Assembly: GCA_963718525.1 (NCBI GenBank)
Contig: OY970355.1
Location: 1,280,001 to 1,344,000, forward strand
From: Candidatus Dormiibacterota bacterium
GTDB taxonomy: Bacteria > Chloroflexota > Dormibacteria > Aeolococcales > Aeolococcaceae
Length of the DNA: 64,000 nucleotides
Reading direction: 5' to 3'
Part shown: positions 27,733 to 38,067 of the stretch, in pieces
How the letters are laid out: the number at the start of each line of letters is the position of its first letter
Position numbering within the stretch: position 1 is the stretch's first letter
The notes under the pieces: model-generated
Databases searched by the model: none
What the model saw: the letters and a program-made list of their open reading frames with translations, nothing else
Told to the model about the DNA's origin: nothing
Program-made: the position numbers and the translations under genes

Positions 27733-28382
27733 TCGCGACCTGGTTCGCCACCTCCGGTGCTGAGTACCACCTCCGCTGCCGGCACCACTCGCTCCACACG
27801 GCTCCCTGCGAGATGGACTCGCACTCCCGGGACCCCGGGAGCGCCCGGATCCCATCCGAGCGAGTGGAGTTCGCGAGCGTCACCCCATGTGCGTGCCATG
27901 CGCTGCTGACGGCCATCGGTGAACGTCATGGTCCCCGGCCGCGTCGCGAACCCGAACCCGACCTCGCCTCCTGTGGTGAGAAATGCCTGCAGGCCGGTCA
28001 GCGGCGTGGCGTCGTCGAAGAGGTCCTCGGCGCTTTCGAGCGCAGCCGCGAGGCTCGGCATGCCACCGGACTTCGCGGCCTCGCGGACCCCGGCTCGTTT
28101 CGCAACCTGCTGCGCGCGCTCGCGGCGGCGCCGCTCGGTGGCTAGCTCGGTCGCCCGAATGCGGATCTCACGCAGGTGCTGTTCGTATGGGGCCATGGCG
28201 GCGAGGGTCGCGCGTTCTGCTGCCTGCAAGTGGCCACCCAGTGCATCCAGGCCGTCGTCGCTCAACTCGTGGAGCGCGTCGGGCTCCACACGATCGCCGA
28301 GCGGGGGAAGCTCCACCTTCGGCACGATAGCGGCCTGCGTGTCCGTCGCGACGGGAGCGGGTCCATTTGCTCTACTACGCAC
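27708..28382 (-). CDS. Hypothetical protein (N-terminal coiled coil, beta-rich C-domain)
   Basis: Fills the gap between tmk and the crotonase with protein-like composition (YEQHLREIRIRATELATERRRRER). Start uncertain. Confidence 0.65.
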   Translation of the reverse strand: MRSRANGPAPVATDTQAAIVPKVELPPLGDRVEPDALHELSDDGLDALGGHLQAAERATLAAMAPYEQHLREIRIRATELATERRRRERAQQVAKRAGVREAAKSGGMPSLAAALESAEDLFDDATPLTGLQAFLTTGGEVGFGFATRPGTMTFTDGRQQRMARTWGDARELHSLGWDPGAPGVPGVRVHLAGSRVERVVPAAEVVLSTGGGEPGRDQPTGALP

Positions 28383-28416
28383 ACCGCCGTCATCGCGTCT
28401 GAGGGAGGCACAGCTC

Positions 28417-29190
28417 GTGGGTCAGGTTCTCCATGACGTCATTCGAGTCGAGCGGGAGGGCGCTGTCCTCACGCTCACCATCGACCACCCCCCGGCGAAT
28501 GCGGTCAACGGCGACGTCGTCAACGGCCTGGCGGAGGGGCTCGCGAGTGCGGAGGCCGACGAAACCATCCGCGCCCTGGTCATCACCGGCAGTGGACCGA
28601 AGTTCTTCTCGGCGGGGGCGGATATCAGTGGGTTTGGCGCCGGCGCTGACGCGATCGGCAAGGCAACCGACCTGACCGTTCGGATCGAGGCGTCGCGACT
28701 CCCGGTGATCGCCGCAGTGAACGGCATCGCGTTCGGAGGCGGCTGCGAGATCACCCTCGCGTGCGACGTGCGAATCGCAGCGCGAACGGCGCGCTTCGGT
28801 CAACCGGAGATCAAGCTCGGCATCATCCCGGGCTGGGGCGGAACCCAGCGGCTGCCGAGGCTGATCGGTACGGCCCGTGCCACCGAACTACTGCTCACCG
28901 GCGATCCGATCGACGCCAATCGTGCTCTCGAAATCGGATTGATCGCTGAGGTTGTCGAACCCGAGGAGCTTCCGGCCGCCGCCCAGCGCTGGGGTGCGCT
29001 GCTCGCCTCGCGAGCCCCACTTGCGCTGGCGGCAACCAAGCGCGCCATGCGTGCCGGCGCTCAACTGCCGATTGCCGACGCGCTCAAGGAAGAGCGGAGC
29101 GAGTTCGTGGCACTGTTCGCCACCGAGGATGCCCAGGAGGGCATCTCGGCGTTCATGCAGAAACGTCAGCCGGAGTGGAAGGCCCGATAG
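28417..29190 (+). CDS. Enoyl-CoA hydratase/crotonase
   Basis: FSAGADI, IAAVNGIAFGGGCEITLACD, FGQPEIKLGIIPGWGGTQRL (both catalytic Glu residues); GGGAGG RBS. Confidence 0.93.
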   Translation: MGQVLHDVIRVEREGAVLTLTIDHPPANAVNGDVVNGLAEGLASAEADETIRALVITGSGPKFFSAGADISGFGAGADAIGKATDLTVRIEASRLPVIAAVNGIAFGGGCEITLACDVRIAARTARFGQPEIKLGIIPGWGGTQRLPRLIGTARATELLLTGDPIDANRALEIGLIAEVVEPEELPAAAQRWGALLASRAPLALAATKRAMRAGAQLPIADALKEERSEFVALFATEDAQEGISAFMQKRQPEWKAR

Positions 29191-31370
29191 TGTCCGCGGC
29201 TGTGACCGCGATCCTCAGCCCGATCGCGCTGGTGCTGCTCGCGGGCGCGTCGCTGGCGGCCAGCGGGCTGCGCTGGCGAAAGCTGCTCGGCGAGATGCGG
29301 CGCACCACGCGTCCCGACAGCCGGCTCGATCACCTCCCGGAGCGGATTCGCGCGTTCTTTGTGTATGTGGTGGCCCAGGGCCGCCTGTTGCGCTGGCCGC
29401 TGGCCGGTGTGCTGCACGCCTTCATCTTCTGGGGCTTCGTAGTGCTGCTCACAGCGATCGCGCAGGGGATCGTGGAGGCGCTCTGGCAGGGATTCCAGTT
29501 CAACCAGCTCCCGGGGAGCGGCGCGATCGCCTTCCTTCAGGACCTGTTCTTCCTGGTCGTGATCTGCGGCATCACCCTCGCGCTGTTCAACCGGGTGGTC
29601 ATCAATCCGACGCGTTTTCGAGGGAGCCACCGCGGTGATGCCATCCTCATCCTCGCGTGGATCGGGGTGCTGCTCGTCTGCATGGAGCTCAACTACGCCA
29701 CGCGCATCGCCGAGGGAGTACCGGAAGCGCTCGGCCAGTGGCGGCCCATCGCCGCCGCGCTCGCAAGCGTGTTCCGGCCGCTCGGCGCTCACAGTGAGGC
29801 GCTGATCGTCGTCCACGGCATCGTTTTCTGGGCGCACCTCACGCTGGTGTTCGGATTCCTCGTCTACCTGGGCTACAGCAAGCACCTTCACATCATCACG
29901 TCGGTCCCCAACGTCTTCTTCAAGAACGAACAACCGAAAGGAGCCTTGCGCAGCCTCGACATCGAGGCCGTGATGAACGCGGTGAGCGAGGCGGATCAGC
30001 ACTTCGGTGTCGGAGCGCTCGAGCAGTTCTCGTGGAAGGACATGCTCGATCTCTACACGTGCACGGAGTGCGGTCGCTGCCAGACACATTGCCCGGCGTA
30101 CAACACCGGCAAGCCGCTGTCCCCGAAAACATTGATCACCGACCTCCGGGACCTCGCATACGAGAACCTCGCGGGTGGATACGCCGCCACCAGGCACGAT
30201 GCCCACATCGCCGCTCCCGGCGATGACGGCGCCGTGATGTGGACGAGTGGCGATCATCACCCGGGTGCCGAGCACGACCTCCCTGGACATTTCCAACCGT
30301 CGTGGCTCTCGCCCGAGCAGGTGGCCGCGGCGGTGCCGTCAGACATGCAGCGGCCTTTGATCGGTGGCACCATCCTCGAGGAGACGCTCTGGTCATGCAC
30401 CACGTGTGGCGCGTGCATGGATCAGTGCCCGGTCCTGATCGAGCATGTTCCCAAGATCATGGACATGCGCCGGCATCTCGTCCTCGACGAGTCGCGCATG
30501 CCGAAGCAGGCGGAATCAGCGCTGCGCAACATCGAGAACGTCGCCAACCCGTATGGCCTTTCGCACCAGTCACGCGCTGACTGGGCCAGGGATCTCGGCG
30601 TTTCGTTCATCGCCGACAAACCTGACGCCGAGTACCTGTACTGGGTCGGCTGTGCCGCATCCTTCGACGAGCGCGCCAGGACGATCGCCGCCGCTCTCTC
30701 CAAGATTCTGCAGGCGGCCGACGTGGATTTCGCCATCCTCGGGACCGAGGAGAAGTGCACTGGTGACCCCGCGCGGCGGATCGGCAATGAGTACCTGTTC
30801 CAGGAGCGCGCAAAGGACAACATCGAGGTGCTCAAGCGGTACAACGTTCGCAAGATCATCGCGTCGTGCCCGCACTGCTTCAACACATTCGCAAACGAGT
30901 ACGCCGATTTCGGCGGCGACTACGAGGTCATCCACCACACCCAGTTGATCGAGCGGCTGCTGAAAGAGGGGCGCATCACCCTGGACGCGGCCAAGGCGCA
31001 GGAGGAGACGATCACATACCACGACTCCTGTTACCTGGGCCGCTGGAACGACATCTTCGCGCCGCCGCGCCAGATCCTCGAACGCATTCCCGGGCTCAAG
31101 GTGGTGGAGATGGCGCGCAGCAAGAGCGAGGGCATGTGCTGTGGTGCCGGCGGCGGCAGGATGTGGATGGAGGAGGGCCAGCCGCGGGTCAACCACCGCA
31201 GGGTTGATCAGGCCGTGGACACGCATGCGACCAAGGTCGCCACCGCATGTCCCTTCTGCCTTGCCATGTTCGACGAGGGCATCTCCGCCAAGCAGATCGG
31301 CGGCACGCTCGCAGTCGACGATGTGGCCGTCTACGTCGCGCGTTCGCTCAAAGACCCGGTCTCGGAATGA
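29190..31370 (+). CDS. Membrane-bound Fe-S oxidoreductase (FadF/HdrD-like, probable ETF:quinone oxidoreductase)
   Basis: N-terminal TM domain with His ligands (LHAFIFWGF, WAH, SKHLH), two 4Fe-4S motifs (CTECGRCQTHCP, CTTCGACMDQCP) and two CCG domains (CTGD..CPHC; HDSC..CCGAGGG..CPFC). Confidence 0.9.
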   Translation: MSAAVTAILSPIALVLLAGASLAASGLRWRKLLGEMRRTTRPDSRLDHLPERIRAFFVYVVAQGRLLRWPLAGVLHAFIFWGFVVLLTAIAQGIVEALWQGFQFNQLPGSGAIAFLQDLFFLVVICGITLALFNRVVINPTRFRGSHRGDAILILAWIGVLLVCMELNYATRIAEGVPEALGQWRPIAAALASVFRPLGAHSEALIVVHGIVFWAHLTLVFGFLVYLGYSKHLHIITSVPNVFFKNEQPKGALRSLDIEAVMNAVSEADQHFGVGALEQFSWKDMLDLYTCTECGRCQTHCPAYNTGKPLSPKTLITDLRDLAYENLAGGYAATRHDAHIAAPGDDGAVMWTSGDHHPGAEHDLPGHFQPSWLSPEQVAAAVPSDMQRPLIGGTILEETLWSCTTCGACMDQCPVLIEHVPKIMDMRRHLVLDESRMPKQAESALRNIENVANPYGLSHQSRADWARDLGVSFIADKPDAEYLYWVGCAASFDERARTIAAALSKILQAADVDFAILGTEEKCTGDPARRIGNEYLFQERAKDNIEVLKRYNVRKIIASCPHCFNTFANEYADFGGDYEVIHHTQLIERLLKEGRITLDAAKAQEETITYHDSCYLGRWNDIFAPPRQILERIPGLKVVEMARSKSEGMCCGAGGGRMWMEEGQPRVNHRRVDQAVDTHATKVATACPFCLAMFDEGISAKQIGGTLAVDDVAVYVARSLKDPVSE

Positions 31371-31685
31371 TGGGGCTGCCCCGATCCGGTCGGGCTACGA
31401 CGATCAGATCGGGCGAGGCAGCCGCTGGTTGTGCAGTGTCTGAAAGCGCGCGCCGCAATCAGCGCATTTGAATCCGGGTTGGTCGTACCCGATCTGACGA
31501 TCACCAAAGGTCAGCGGGACCAGGCGCGTACCCTCGCAGCGCGCGCAGGGAGGATCCAGGGGCAGAACGAGATCACGACCCATGTCAAGAGGATGGCAGG
31601 TCCCGGCAAGTGGCGCACGGGCGGGCGGTCAGGGCACACTTGGCTGTCCCGGCGGCGCCGGGCGACCCATCCAAGGAGGCAGCAC

Positions 31686-32120
31686 GTGGCAGACACCGAC
31701 GTTGTCGACGCATACAGTCCGGAGTGGGCGGAGGCCTTCAAGGCCGAGATCAACAGGTCGCCGGTGTACAAGCAGGCAGCGGCGGGCTGGGAGGGAACCG
31801 TAGGGCTGGTCGTGCTCGCTGAGCCGGACAAGAACTTCCCGGACGATATGGGTGTCTTCCTCGATCTCTGGCATGGCGAAGCGCGCGATGTTCGTGTCGG
31901 CACCCGCGAGGATGCGCAGCAGGCGAAGTTCGTGATCACAGGCGCCTACTCGCGCTGGAAGCAGGTGGCGCAGAAGGAGCTCGACGCAACCAGGGGGATC
32001 ATGCTCGGCCGGCTCAAGCTCAAGGGTGACTTTCCGACCATCGTGCGCTACACCAAGGCGTCGCAGGAGCTCACCAACTGCACCACCCGCGTGCCGGTCA
32101 GGTGGCCGGACGAGACCTGA
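31686..32120 (+). CDS. SCP2 sterol/lipid-binding domain protein
   Basis: AAGGAGG RBS; SPEWAEAFKAEIN, AAAGWEG, LDLWHGEAR, GRLKLKGD. Confidence 0.8.
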   Translation: MADTDVVDAYSPEWAEAFKAEINRSPVYKQAAAGWEGTVGLVVLAEPDKNFPDDMGVFLDLWHGEARDVRVGTREDAQQAKFVITGAYSRWKQVAQKELDATRGIMLGRLKLKGDFPTIVRYTKASQELTNCTTRVPVRWPDET

Positions 32121-32125
32121 CGCCC

Positions 32126-33043
32126 ATGCCCGCATCCCGACGGGACGCCGGCGCTCGCGGCCGGCTGCTCGTCGTCGGCGCCGGGACCATGGGAGCCCAG
32201 ATCGCCCAGCAGGCGGCGCTCAACGGGATCGACGTCTCGCTCGTCGACGTGGACGCCGAGCATCTCCAGCGGGCCATGGCATCGAACCGGCAGCTGCTCG
32301 ACCGGCGAGTTGAGAAAGGCAGGCTGGAACGTGAGGACGCCGAGGCCGCCGCGAGCCGCGTGACGCCGACGACCGACCTCGCCGCGGCGGCTTCCCAGTC
32401 CGCATGGGCGATCGAAGCCGTCGTGGAACTTCCGTCGGTCAAGCGCGAGATCTTCTCCGAGCTGGATGCTCACCTTCCGGCGCGCGCGGGGATCGCCACC
32501 AACTCGAGCAACATCGTGGTGTCTCGTCTCGCCGATGCGACCGCGCGGCCGGAGCTGTGCTGCAACATGCACTTCTTCCACCCCGTGCTGGTGATGGACC
32601 TCTGCGAGGTGGTGCGAGGACCCGAGACCTCCGACGAGACGACGTTGCGAGCCGTGGCGTGGTCGAAGCGCATGGGCAGGACACCGATCGTGGTGGCGAA
32701 GGAGATCGACGGCTTCATCGTGAACCGCGTCCTGGGCGCGGCCTCGCGGGAGGCGTTCTCGCTGCTACAGGGAGGGCTGGCCTCTGCCGAAGACATCGAC
32801 ATCGCGGTACGCAAGGGGCTCAACTGGCCGATGGGCCCGTTCCAGCTGGCCGACTTCTCTGGGCTTGACACCGTCCTGACCATCCGTCGCGATCGCATGG
32901 AGCGCGAGAACGCCCCGGGTGACGTTGCCACCGTCGCCGTCCTCGAGCGGATGGTGCGTGCCGGCCGCCTGGGCCGCAAGACCGGCCGGGGCTTCTACGA
33001 CTACGCGGTCGACCCGCCGGCGCCCCTGCCGCTTCCCGACTGA
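32126..33043 (+). CDS. 3-hydroxyacyl-CoA dehydrogenase
   Basis: VGAGTMG, IEAVVE, ATNSS, MHFFHP, GFIVNR, PMGPFQLADFSGLD, LGRKTGRGFY. Confidence 0.92.
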   Translation: MPASRRDAGARGRLLVVGAGTMGAQIAQQAALNGIDVSLVDVDAEHLQRAMASNRQLLDRRVEKGRLEREDAEAAASRVTPTTDLAAAASQSAWAIEAVVELPSVKREIFSELDAHLPARAGIATNSSNIVVSRLADATARPELCCNMHFFHPVLVMDLCEVVRGPETSDETTLRAVAWSKRMGRTPIVVAKEIDGFIVNRVLGAASREAFSLLQGGLASAEDIDIAVRKGLNWPMGPFQLADFSGLDTVLTIRRDRMERENAPGDVATVAVLERMVRAGRLGRKTGRGFYDYAVDPPAPLPLPD

Positions 33044-34272
33044 GCGAGCACCGCGCGAGCGGGGCTCCCGGAGCGCGTTCTCGTGGCGGGGATCATCAGG
33101 GCCGCGACACCCATGCCCAGCAGCGCGAGGGGCACGAGCCTGCCGGGCGGGGCGGGGGCCGCGTTGCCGGTGTCCATGAGGGTGAAGACGGCGAGGATCG
33201 CCCAGGCCGCGAGCACCCGAATCGTGATCACGCCGGGCCAGGGCGCGACCTCCGAAGCAGCGGCGCGAGCCATGCACCAGGCGAGTACGGGCGCGACGAT
33301 CACGAGATCGTGCGCAAGGAGATGTGGCGACGCGACCAACGAGAGCGCCGTCGCGCCGGCGAGTGACACCTCGAGCGCTCCCGGGTTGCCGCGAGATCGA
33401 ATCCCGAGCAGCGCGCAAGCGGCCAGCGCGACCGCCGACCCGGCGATGCCGATGGCCACCGCCGCGCCGCCGCCTCCCAGCCAGGATGCGATCAGCCCAG
33501 GCATGCCGAGGGTGCTCGCCGCCGGCGTGTTGCCGATGGCGAAGCCCAACGCGGACATGAACCCGGCGATGCCCGCGGGACCCACGAGCCCCAGCGACGC
33601 CGCGGCGGCAATGGCGCAGCCGCACGCGGCACCGGCGAGCGCTCGCCAGTCACGCCGCGCGATGAGCCAGATGCCGAGCCCGAGTGCCAGGTGTGGCTTG
33701 GTCGAGGCAAATGCCAGCGCCATCCAGAAGCCGGCGAGCCCCGGATGCCCCTTCCGCCAGGCTGCGTATGCGGCGGCGAGCCCGAGGGCGGCAACGCCAT
33801 CGATCTGGCCGAGGAGGAGGAACGCGTACGTGCCGCCCCCGGCCGCCGCGACGAGCAATGTTGCGGCGCGGGGCCCACGTCCGAGCTGCAGGGGCCACGG
33901 CCCCGCCCGGATGGCCACCCACACGGCGAGCACGACCAGGAGGAGTTCGATCGCCGACCACACCCGGAAGGCGGTCCCCGGGTCCAGAACCGTGAGCGGG
34001 AGCGCCAGCAGGGCGGCAGTCGGCGGGGTTATGAACGGGAGATTGATGACCGTGCCCGCGGGGAGCAGGGTGAGGTGCCGCGAATGCTCGACCTGCTGGT
34101 CGTACAGCTGGGCTCCGTCACCGCCGCGCAGCAGCAGCGCAGCCACGTACGACGCTGAGAAGTCGGTGCCCCGTTCGCGCACAGGGGTCACCTGGGCCCA
34201 TGCGATCGCGTAGTAGGCGAGGAGGACGGTGCTGACGGCGGCCGCGATGGTGACCGCGCGACTGGTTCTCAC
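33001..34272 (-). CDS. GT-C fold glycosyltransferase (GT87/DUF2029-like), paralog of 14080..15360
   Basis: TDFSASYVA, NLPFITPP, LLGQID, TKPHLAL, SPHLLAHDL. Confidence 0.85.
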   Translation of the reverse strand: MRTSRAVTIAAAVSTVLLAYYAIAWAQVTPVRERGTDFSASYVAALLLRGGDGAQLYDQQVEHSRHLTLLPAGTVINLPFITPPTAALLALPLTVLDPGTAFRVWSAIELLLVVLAVWVAIRAGPWPLQLGRGPRAATLLVAAAGGGTYAFLLLGQIDGVAALGLAAAYAAWRKGHPGLAGFWMALAFASTKPHLALGLGIWLIARRDWRALAGAACGCAIAAAASLGLVGPAGIAGFMSALGFAIGNTPAASTLGMPGLIASWLGGGGAAVAIGIAGSAVALAACALLGIRSRGNPGALEVSLAGATALSLVASPHLLAHDLVIVAPVLAWCMARAAASEVAPWPGVITIRVLAAWAILAVFTLMDTGNAAPAPPGRLVPLALLGMGVAALMIPATRTRSGSPARAVLAQSGSGRGAGGSTA

Positions 34273-34347
34273 GGCATCCGGACGCTAGCATCGAGCTCCC
34301 AGGAGCGAACGCGGCGTTGCCGTATTGCTTCCTATACTCGGCCGACG

Positions 34348-34782
34348 ATGGCGAGCGCATTCACCGGGATCGACCACGTGGGAATCGCCGTCGCCGACCT
34401 GAATCTCGCGGTCGCCGCCTATGAGCGACTTACCGGTTCGGCGCCCGCGCATCGCCAGGTGGTCACGTCCGACGGCATCGAGGCGGTCATGTTCCAGGTG
34501 GGCGAATCGAGGATCGAGCTGCTCGGGAGCACCGGTCCCGATTCGAAGATCGCCGGATTCCTCGCGCGCCGCGGCGGCGGGCTCCATCACGTCGCCTACG
34601 GCGTCGACGACGTCCAGGCAAGCCTCGACCATTTCGCCGAGCTCGGTCTCCAGCTGCTCGACACGTGTCCGCGCCAGGGTGCGGCCGGCAGGCTGGTGGC
34701 GTTTCTGCACCCGTCGGCCGGAGCCGGGGTGCTCACCGAACTGTGTCAGCCGGACCAGGAGAAGAGCGGGTCGCACGCATGA
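34348..34782 (+). CDS. mce: Methylmalonyl-CoA epimerase
   Basis: IDHVGIAV, RIELL, GLHHVAY, VAFLHP..GVLTEL; adjacent to the mutase. Confidence 0.92.
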   Translation: MASAFTGIDHVGIAVADLNLAVAAYERLTGSAPAHRQVVTSDGIEAVMFQVGESRIELLGSTGPDSKIAGFLARRGGGLHHVAYGVDDVQASLDHFAELGLQLLDTCPRQGAAGRLVAFLHPSAGAGVLTELCQPDQEKSGSHA

Positions 34783-36365
34783 GCGACCACCCCGGCGCGG
34801 AGGCCAGTCGCGCCGATACGGAGTTGGGGATCCCGTTGGAACCCTATTACGCCGACCAGCACGACCCCCCGCCTCCACCCGGCGAGTACCCGTACACGCG
34901 GGGAATCCGCGCCGACGGGTACCGGTCGCGGCTCTGGACCATGCGTCAGTACGCGGGCTTCGGAAGCGCTGAGCAGACCAACGAACGGTTCCACTACCTG
35001 CTGCGTGCCGGCCAGAGCGGGCTCTCCGTGGCGTTCGACCTGCCCACGCAAATGGGCTACGACAGCGATGACCCGGTGGCCCACGGGGAGGTCGGCAAGG
35101 TCGGCGTCGCCATCGACTCCCTCGAGGACATGGAGCTGCTCATGCGTGGGATCCCGCAGGACCGCGTGACCACGTCGATGACAATCAACGCGCCCGCGTC
35201 GGTGCTCCTGCTGCTGTATGAGCTCGCGGCCGAACGCAAGGGCATCGACGCGTCCACGCTCGGAGGGACGATCCAGAACGACATCCTCAAGGAATACGCC
35301 GCGCGGGGCACCTACATCTTTCCGCCGAAGCCGTCGATGCGGCTGGTCACCGATACCTTCGCGTACTGCGCAGAGCGTCTGCCGCGCTGGAACACCATCA
35401 GCATCAGCGGCTACCACATACGCGAGGCCGGGGCGACGGCACCACAGGAGATCGGCTTCACGCTGAGCAACGGCGTCGCATACGTGCAGGCCGCGATCGA
35501 TGCCGGCCTCGATGTCGAGGACTTCGCCCCACGACTGAGCTTCTTCTTCAACGTCAGCAACGATTTCTTCGAAGAGGTCGCCAAGTTCCGCGCCGCTCGC
35601 GCGCTCTGGGCGGAGGTGATGCACGACCGCTTCGGCGCCACCGGAGAGCGCAGCCTGCAGCTGCGATTTCATGCGCAGACGAGCGGTGCGACGCTCACGG
35701 CGCAACAACCGCTGAACAACGTGGTGCGGGTCTCGCTGCAGGCGCTCGCGGCAATCTGTGGTGGCGCGCAATCGCTGCACACCAACAGCTATGACGAGGC
35801 CCTCGCGCTGCCGTCGGAACAGGCGGCGGAGATCGCGCTGCGCACCCAGCAGGTCATCGGCTTCGAGACCGGTGCCGCCAACGTCACCGATCCAATTGGT
35901 GGAGCACACCTCGTCGAGGCGCTGACCCACGAGCTCATGGAGGAATCGCGGACGCTCATGAGCCGTGTCGACGAACTTGGAGGTGCGGTGGCGGCGATCG
36001 ACGCCGGCTTCTACCAGCAGCAGATCCAGGAATCGGCCTACCGGCATCAGCGCCTCGTCGAAGCTGGGGAACGCGTCATCGTCGGCGTCAACCGGTTCAC
36101 CGAGACGTCGCAACCGGCGGTGCCGATCCTCCGTGTCGAGGCCGGCCTGGAGACCGAGCAGATCGCGCGGCTGCAGAAGATGCGCGCCGCCCGCTCCACC
36201 ACGGCAGTCACCCGTGCGCTCGATGCGCTGCACGCCGGTGCCGAGGGTAGCGACAATCTGTTGCCGCTGATGCGAACCGCGCTTGACGCCCACGCGACCG
36301 TCGGCGAGGTGTGCGGCACGCTTCGCGAAGTGTTCGGCGTCTATCGTCCGGCGGTCACGGTGTGA
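34779..36365 (+). CDS. Methylmalonyl-CoA mutase, substrate-binding (large) subunit without B12 domain
   Basis: PGEYPYTRG, WTMRQYAGF (Tyr), NDILKEYAARGTY (Arg), [23 protein letters not shown]. Ends without a DXHXXG domain. Confidence 0.92.
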   Translation: MSDHPGAEASRADTELGIPLEPYYADQHDPPPPPGEYPYTRGIRADGYRSRLWTMRQYAGFGSAEQTNERFHYLLRAGQSGLSVAFDLPTQMGYDSDDPVAHGEVGKVGVAIDSLEDMELLMRGIPQDRVTTSMTINAPASVLLLLYELAAERKGIDASTLGGTIQNDILKEYAARGTYIFPPKPSMRLVTDTFAYCAERLPRWNTISISGYHIREAGATAPQEIGFTLSNGVAYVQAAIDAGLDVEDFAPRLSFFFNVSNDFFEEVAKFRAARALWAEVMHDRFGATGERSLQLRFHAQTSGATLTAQQPLNNVVRVSLQALAAICGGAQSLHTNSYDEALALPSEQAAEIALRTQQVIGFETGAANVTDPIGGAHLVEALTHELMEESRTLMSRVDELGGAVAAIDAGFYQQQIQESAYRHQRLVEAGERVIVGVNRFTETSQPAVPILRVEAGLETEQIARLQKMRAARSTTAVTRALDALHAGAEGSDNLLPLMRTALDAHATVGEVCGTLREVFGVYRPAVTV

Positions 36366-36402
36366 GCACGAAGCCCAAGTGGTCCCCTGGTAGCCTGACG
36401 CC

Positions 36403-38064
36403 GTGAGCAGACAGGCGCGCAAGGGCGTCCCTCCGGTCGGCGCCGGCGACGGTGTCAACGCCGCGAGCACTCCCGGCTCCGCCGGCGAGAGCGGAGCGTC
36501 GACGAGCGGGTCGCGTGTTGGCACCGGCAGGAAGATCAACATGCTCCGTAAGCGCAGGTACGACGCCGTCCATCGTGGTGGTGCCGCAGAGCGATCCCAG
36601 CACGCGAAGGGCAAGCTCACCGCGCGCGAGCGCATCGACCGCCTGCTCGATCCCGGTTCCTTCACGGAGCTCGACATGTTCGCCCTTCACCGGACGACCA
36701 ACTTCGACATGGAGGAGCGGAGGATCCGCGGTGATGGCGTGATCACCGGCTGGGGCACGATCGCCGGCCGCCAGATATTCGTGTTCAGTCACGACGCGTC
36801 GGTCTTCGGCGGATCGCTCGGCGAGGTGTTCGCCGAGAAGGTCACCAAGATCATGGATCTGGCGCTGACGACCGGCTGCCCGTGTATCGGCATCAACGAC
36901 TCCGGGGGCGCGCGCATCCAGGAGGGCGTCGTGTCCCTGGCGGGCTATGCCGAGATCTTCTACCGCAACGTCGAATCGAGCGGGGTCATCCCGCAGCTCT
37001 CTTTGATCGCCGGGCCGTGCACAGGCGGCGCGGTGTACTCACCCGCGATGACCGATTTCATCTTCATGGTGCGCAAGGTCGGGTACATGTTCATCACCGG
37101 CCCCGATGTCATCAAGGTCACCACCGGCGAGGAGGTGACCTTCGAGGAACTCGGCGGCTCGGACGTGCACAATCAGCGAAGCGGGGTCGCCCATTTCATC
37201 GCCGACACCGAGGATGAGGCGTTCGGACAGATGCGTGAGCTGCTGTCGTACCTGCCGCCCAACAACCACGAGCGGCCGCCCTACCGGCCCACCCTCGACG
37301 ATCCCCATCGCGAGGATGCCGAGCTGCAGACGATCATCCCTGACAACCCGAATCAGCCCTACGACATGCGCGGTGTGGTCACGCGCATCGTCGACGAGGG
37401 CCGCTTTCTGGAGGTGATGCAGTACCACGCCGAGAACGTCATCTGCGGGTTCGCCAGGCTGGACGGCAACCCGGTCGGCGTCGTCGGCAATCAGCCGCGT
37501 GTCCTCGCGGGGGCGCTCGACATCTCCGCGTCGATCAAGGCGGCGCGCTTCGTGCGCTTCTGCGACGCGTTCAATGTGCCGCTCGTGACCTTCGTCGACG
37601 TGCCCGGCTTCCTCCCCGGGACTGACCAGGAGTACGGCGGCATCATCCGCCACGGTGCCAAGCTGCTCTTCGCGTACTGCGAGGCGACAGTGCCGAAGCT
37701 CACGGTGATCACGCGCAAGGCGTACGGCGGCGCGTATGACGTCATGTGCTCCAAGCACATCCGCGCCGACTACAACGTGGCATGGCCCACTGCGGAGATC
37801 GCCGTGATGGGACCGCAGGGCGCTGTCAGCGTCATCTTCAAGCGCGAGATCGCTCAGGCGGACGACCCCAAGCAGCGCTCAGACGAGCTGATCGAGGACT
37901 ATCGCGAGCAGTTCGCCAATCCGTACTACGCGGCGGAGCGAGGCTATATCGACGACGTGATCGAGCCTCGCCAGACGCGCGCCGCACTCATCGCGGCGCT
38001 GCGAATGGCGCGAGACAAGAAGGTTCGGACGCCGGAACGCAAGCACGGCAACATCCCGCTCTGA
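36403..38064 (+). CDS. pccB: Acyl-CoA (propionyl-CoA) carboxylase, carboxyltransferase beta subunit
   Basis: [55 protein letters not shown]. Confidence 0.9.
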   Translation: MSRQARKGVPPVGAGDGVNAASTPGSAGESGASTSGSRVGTGRKINMLRKRRYDAVHRGGAAERSQHAKGKLTARERIDRLLDPGSFTELDMFALHRTTNFDMEERRIRGDGVITGWGTIAGRQIFVFSHDASVFGGSLGEVFAEKVTKIMDLALTTGCPCIGINDSGGARIQEGVVSLAGYAEIFYRNVESSGVIPQLSLIAGPCTGGAVYSPAMTDFIFMVRKVGYMFITGPDVIKVTTGEEVTFEELGGSDVHNQRSGVAHFIADTEDEAFGQMRELLSYLPPNNHERPPYRPTLDDPHREDAELQTIIPDNPNQPYDMRGVVTRIVDEGRFLEVMQYHAENVICGFARLDGNPVGVVGNQPRVLAGALDISASIKAARFVRFCDAFNVPLVTFVDVPGFLPGTDQEYGGIIRHGAKLLFAYCEATVPKLTVITRKAYGGAYDVMCSKHIRADYNVAWPTAEIAVMGPQGAVSVIFKREIAQADDPKQRSDELIEDYREQFANPYYAAERGYIDDVIEPRQTRAALIAALRMARDKKVRTPERKHGNIPL

Positions 38065-38067
38065 CGG

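Noticed and set aside
31431-31685. N-terminal extension of the SCP2 ORF
   Set aside because: AAGGAGG precedes GTG 31686, and the extension is non-protein-like and overlaps the palindromic intergenic region.
34746-36677. 643-aa minus-strand ORF, and similar long antisense ORFs at 15036, 42217 and 48497
   Set aside because: These are in-register antisense frames of strongly GC3-biased genes and have no independent features.
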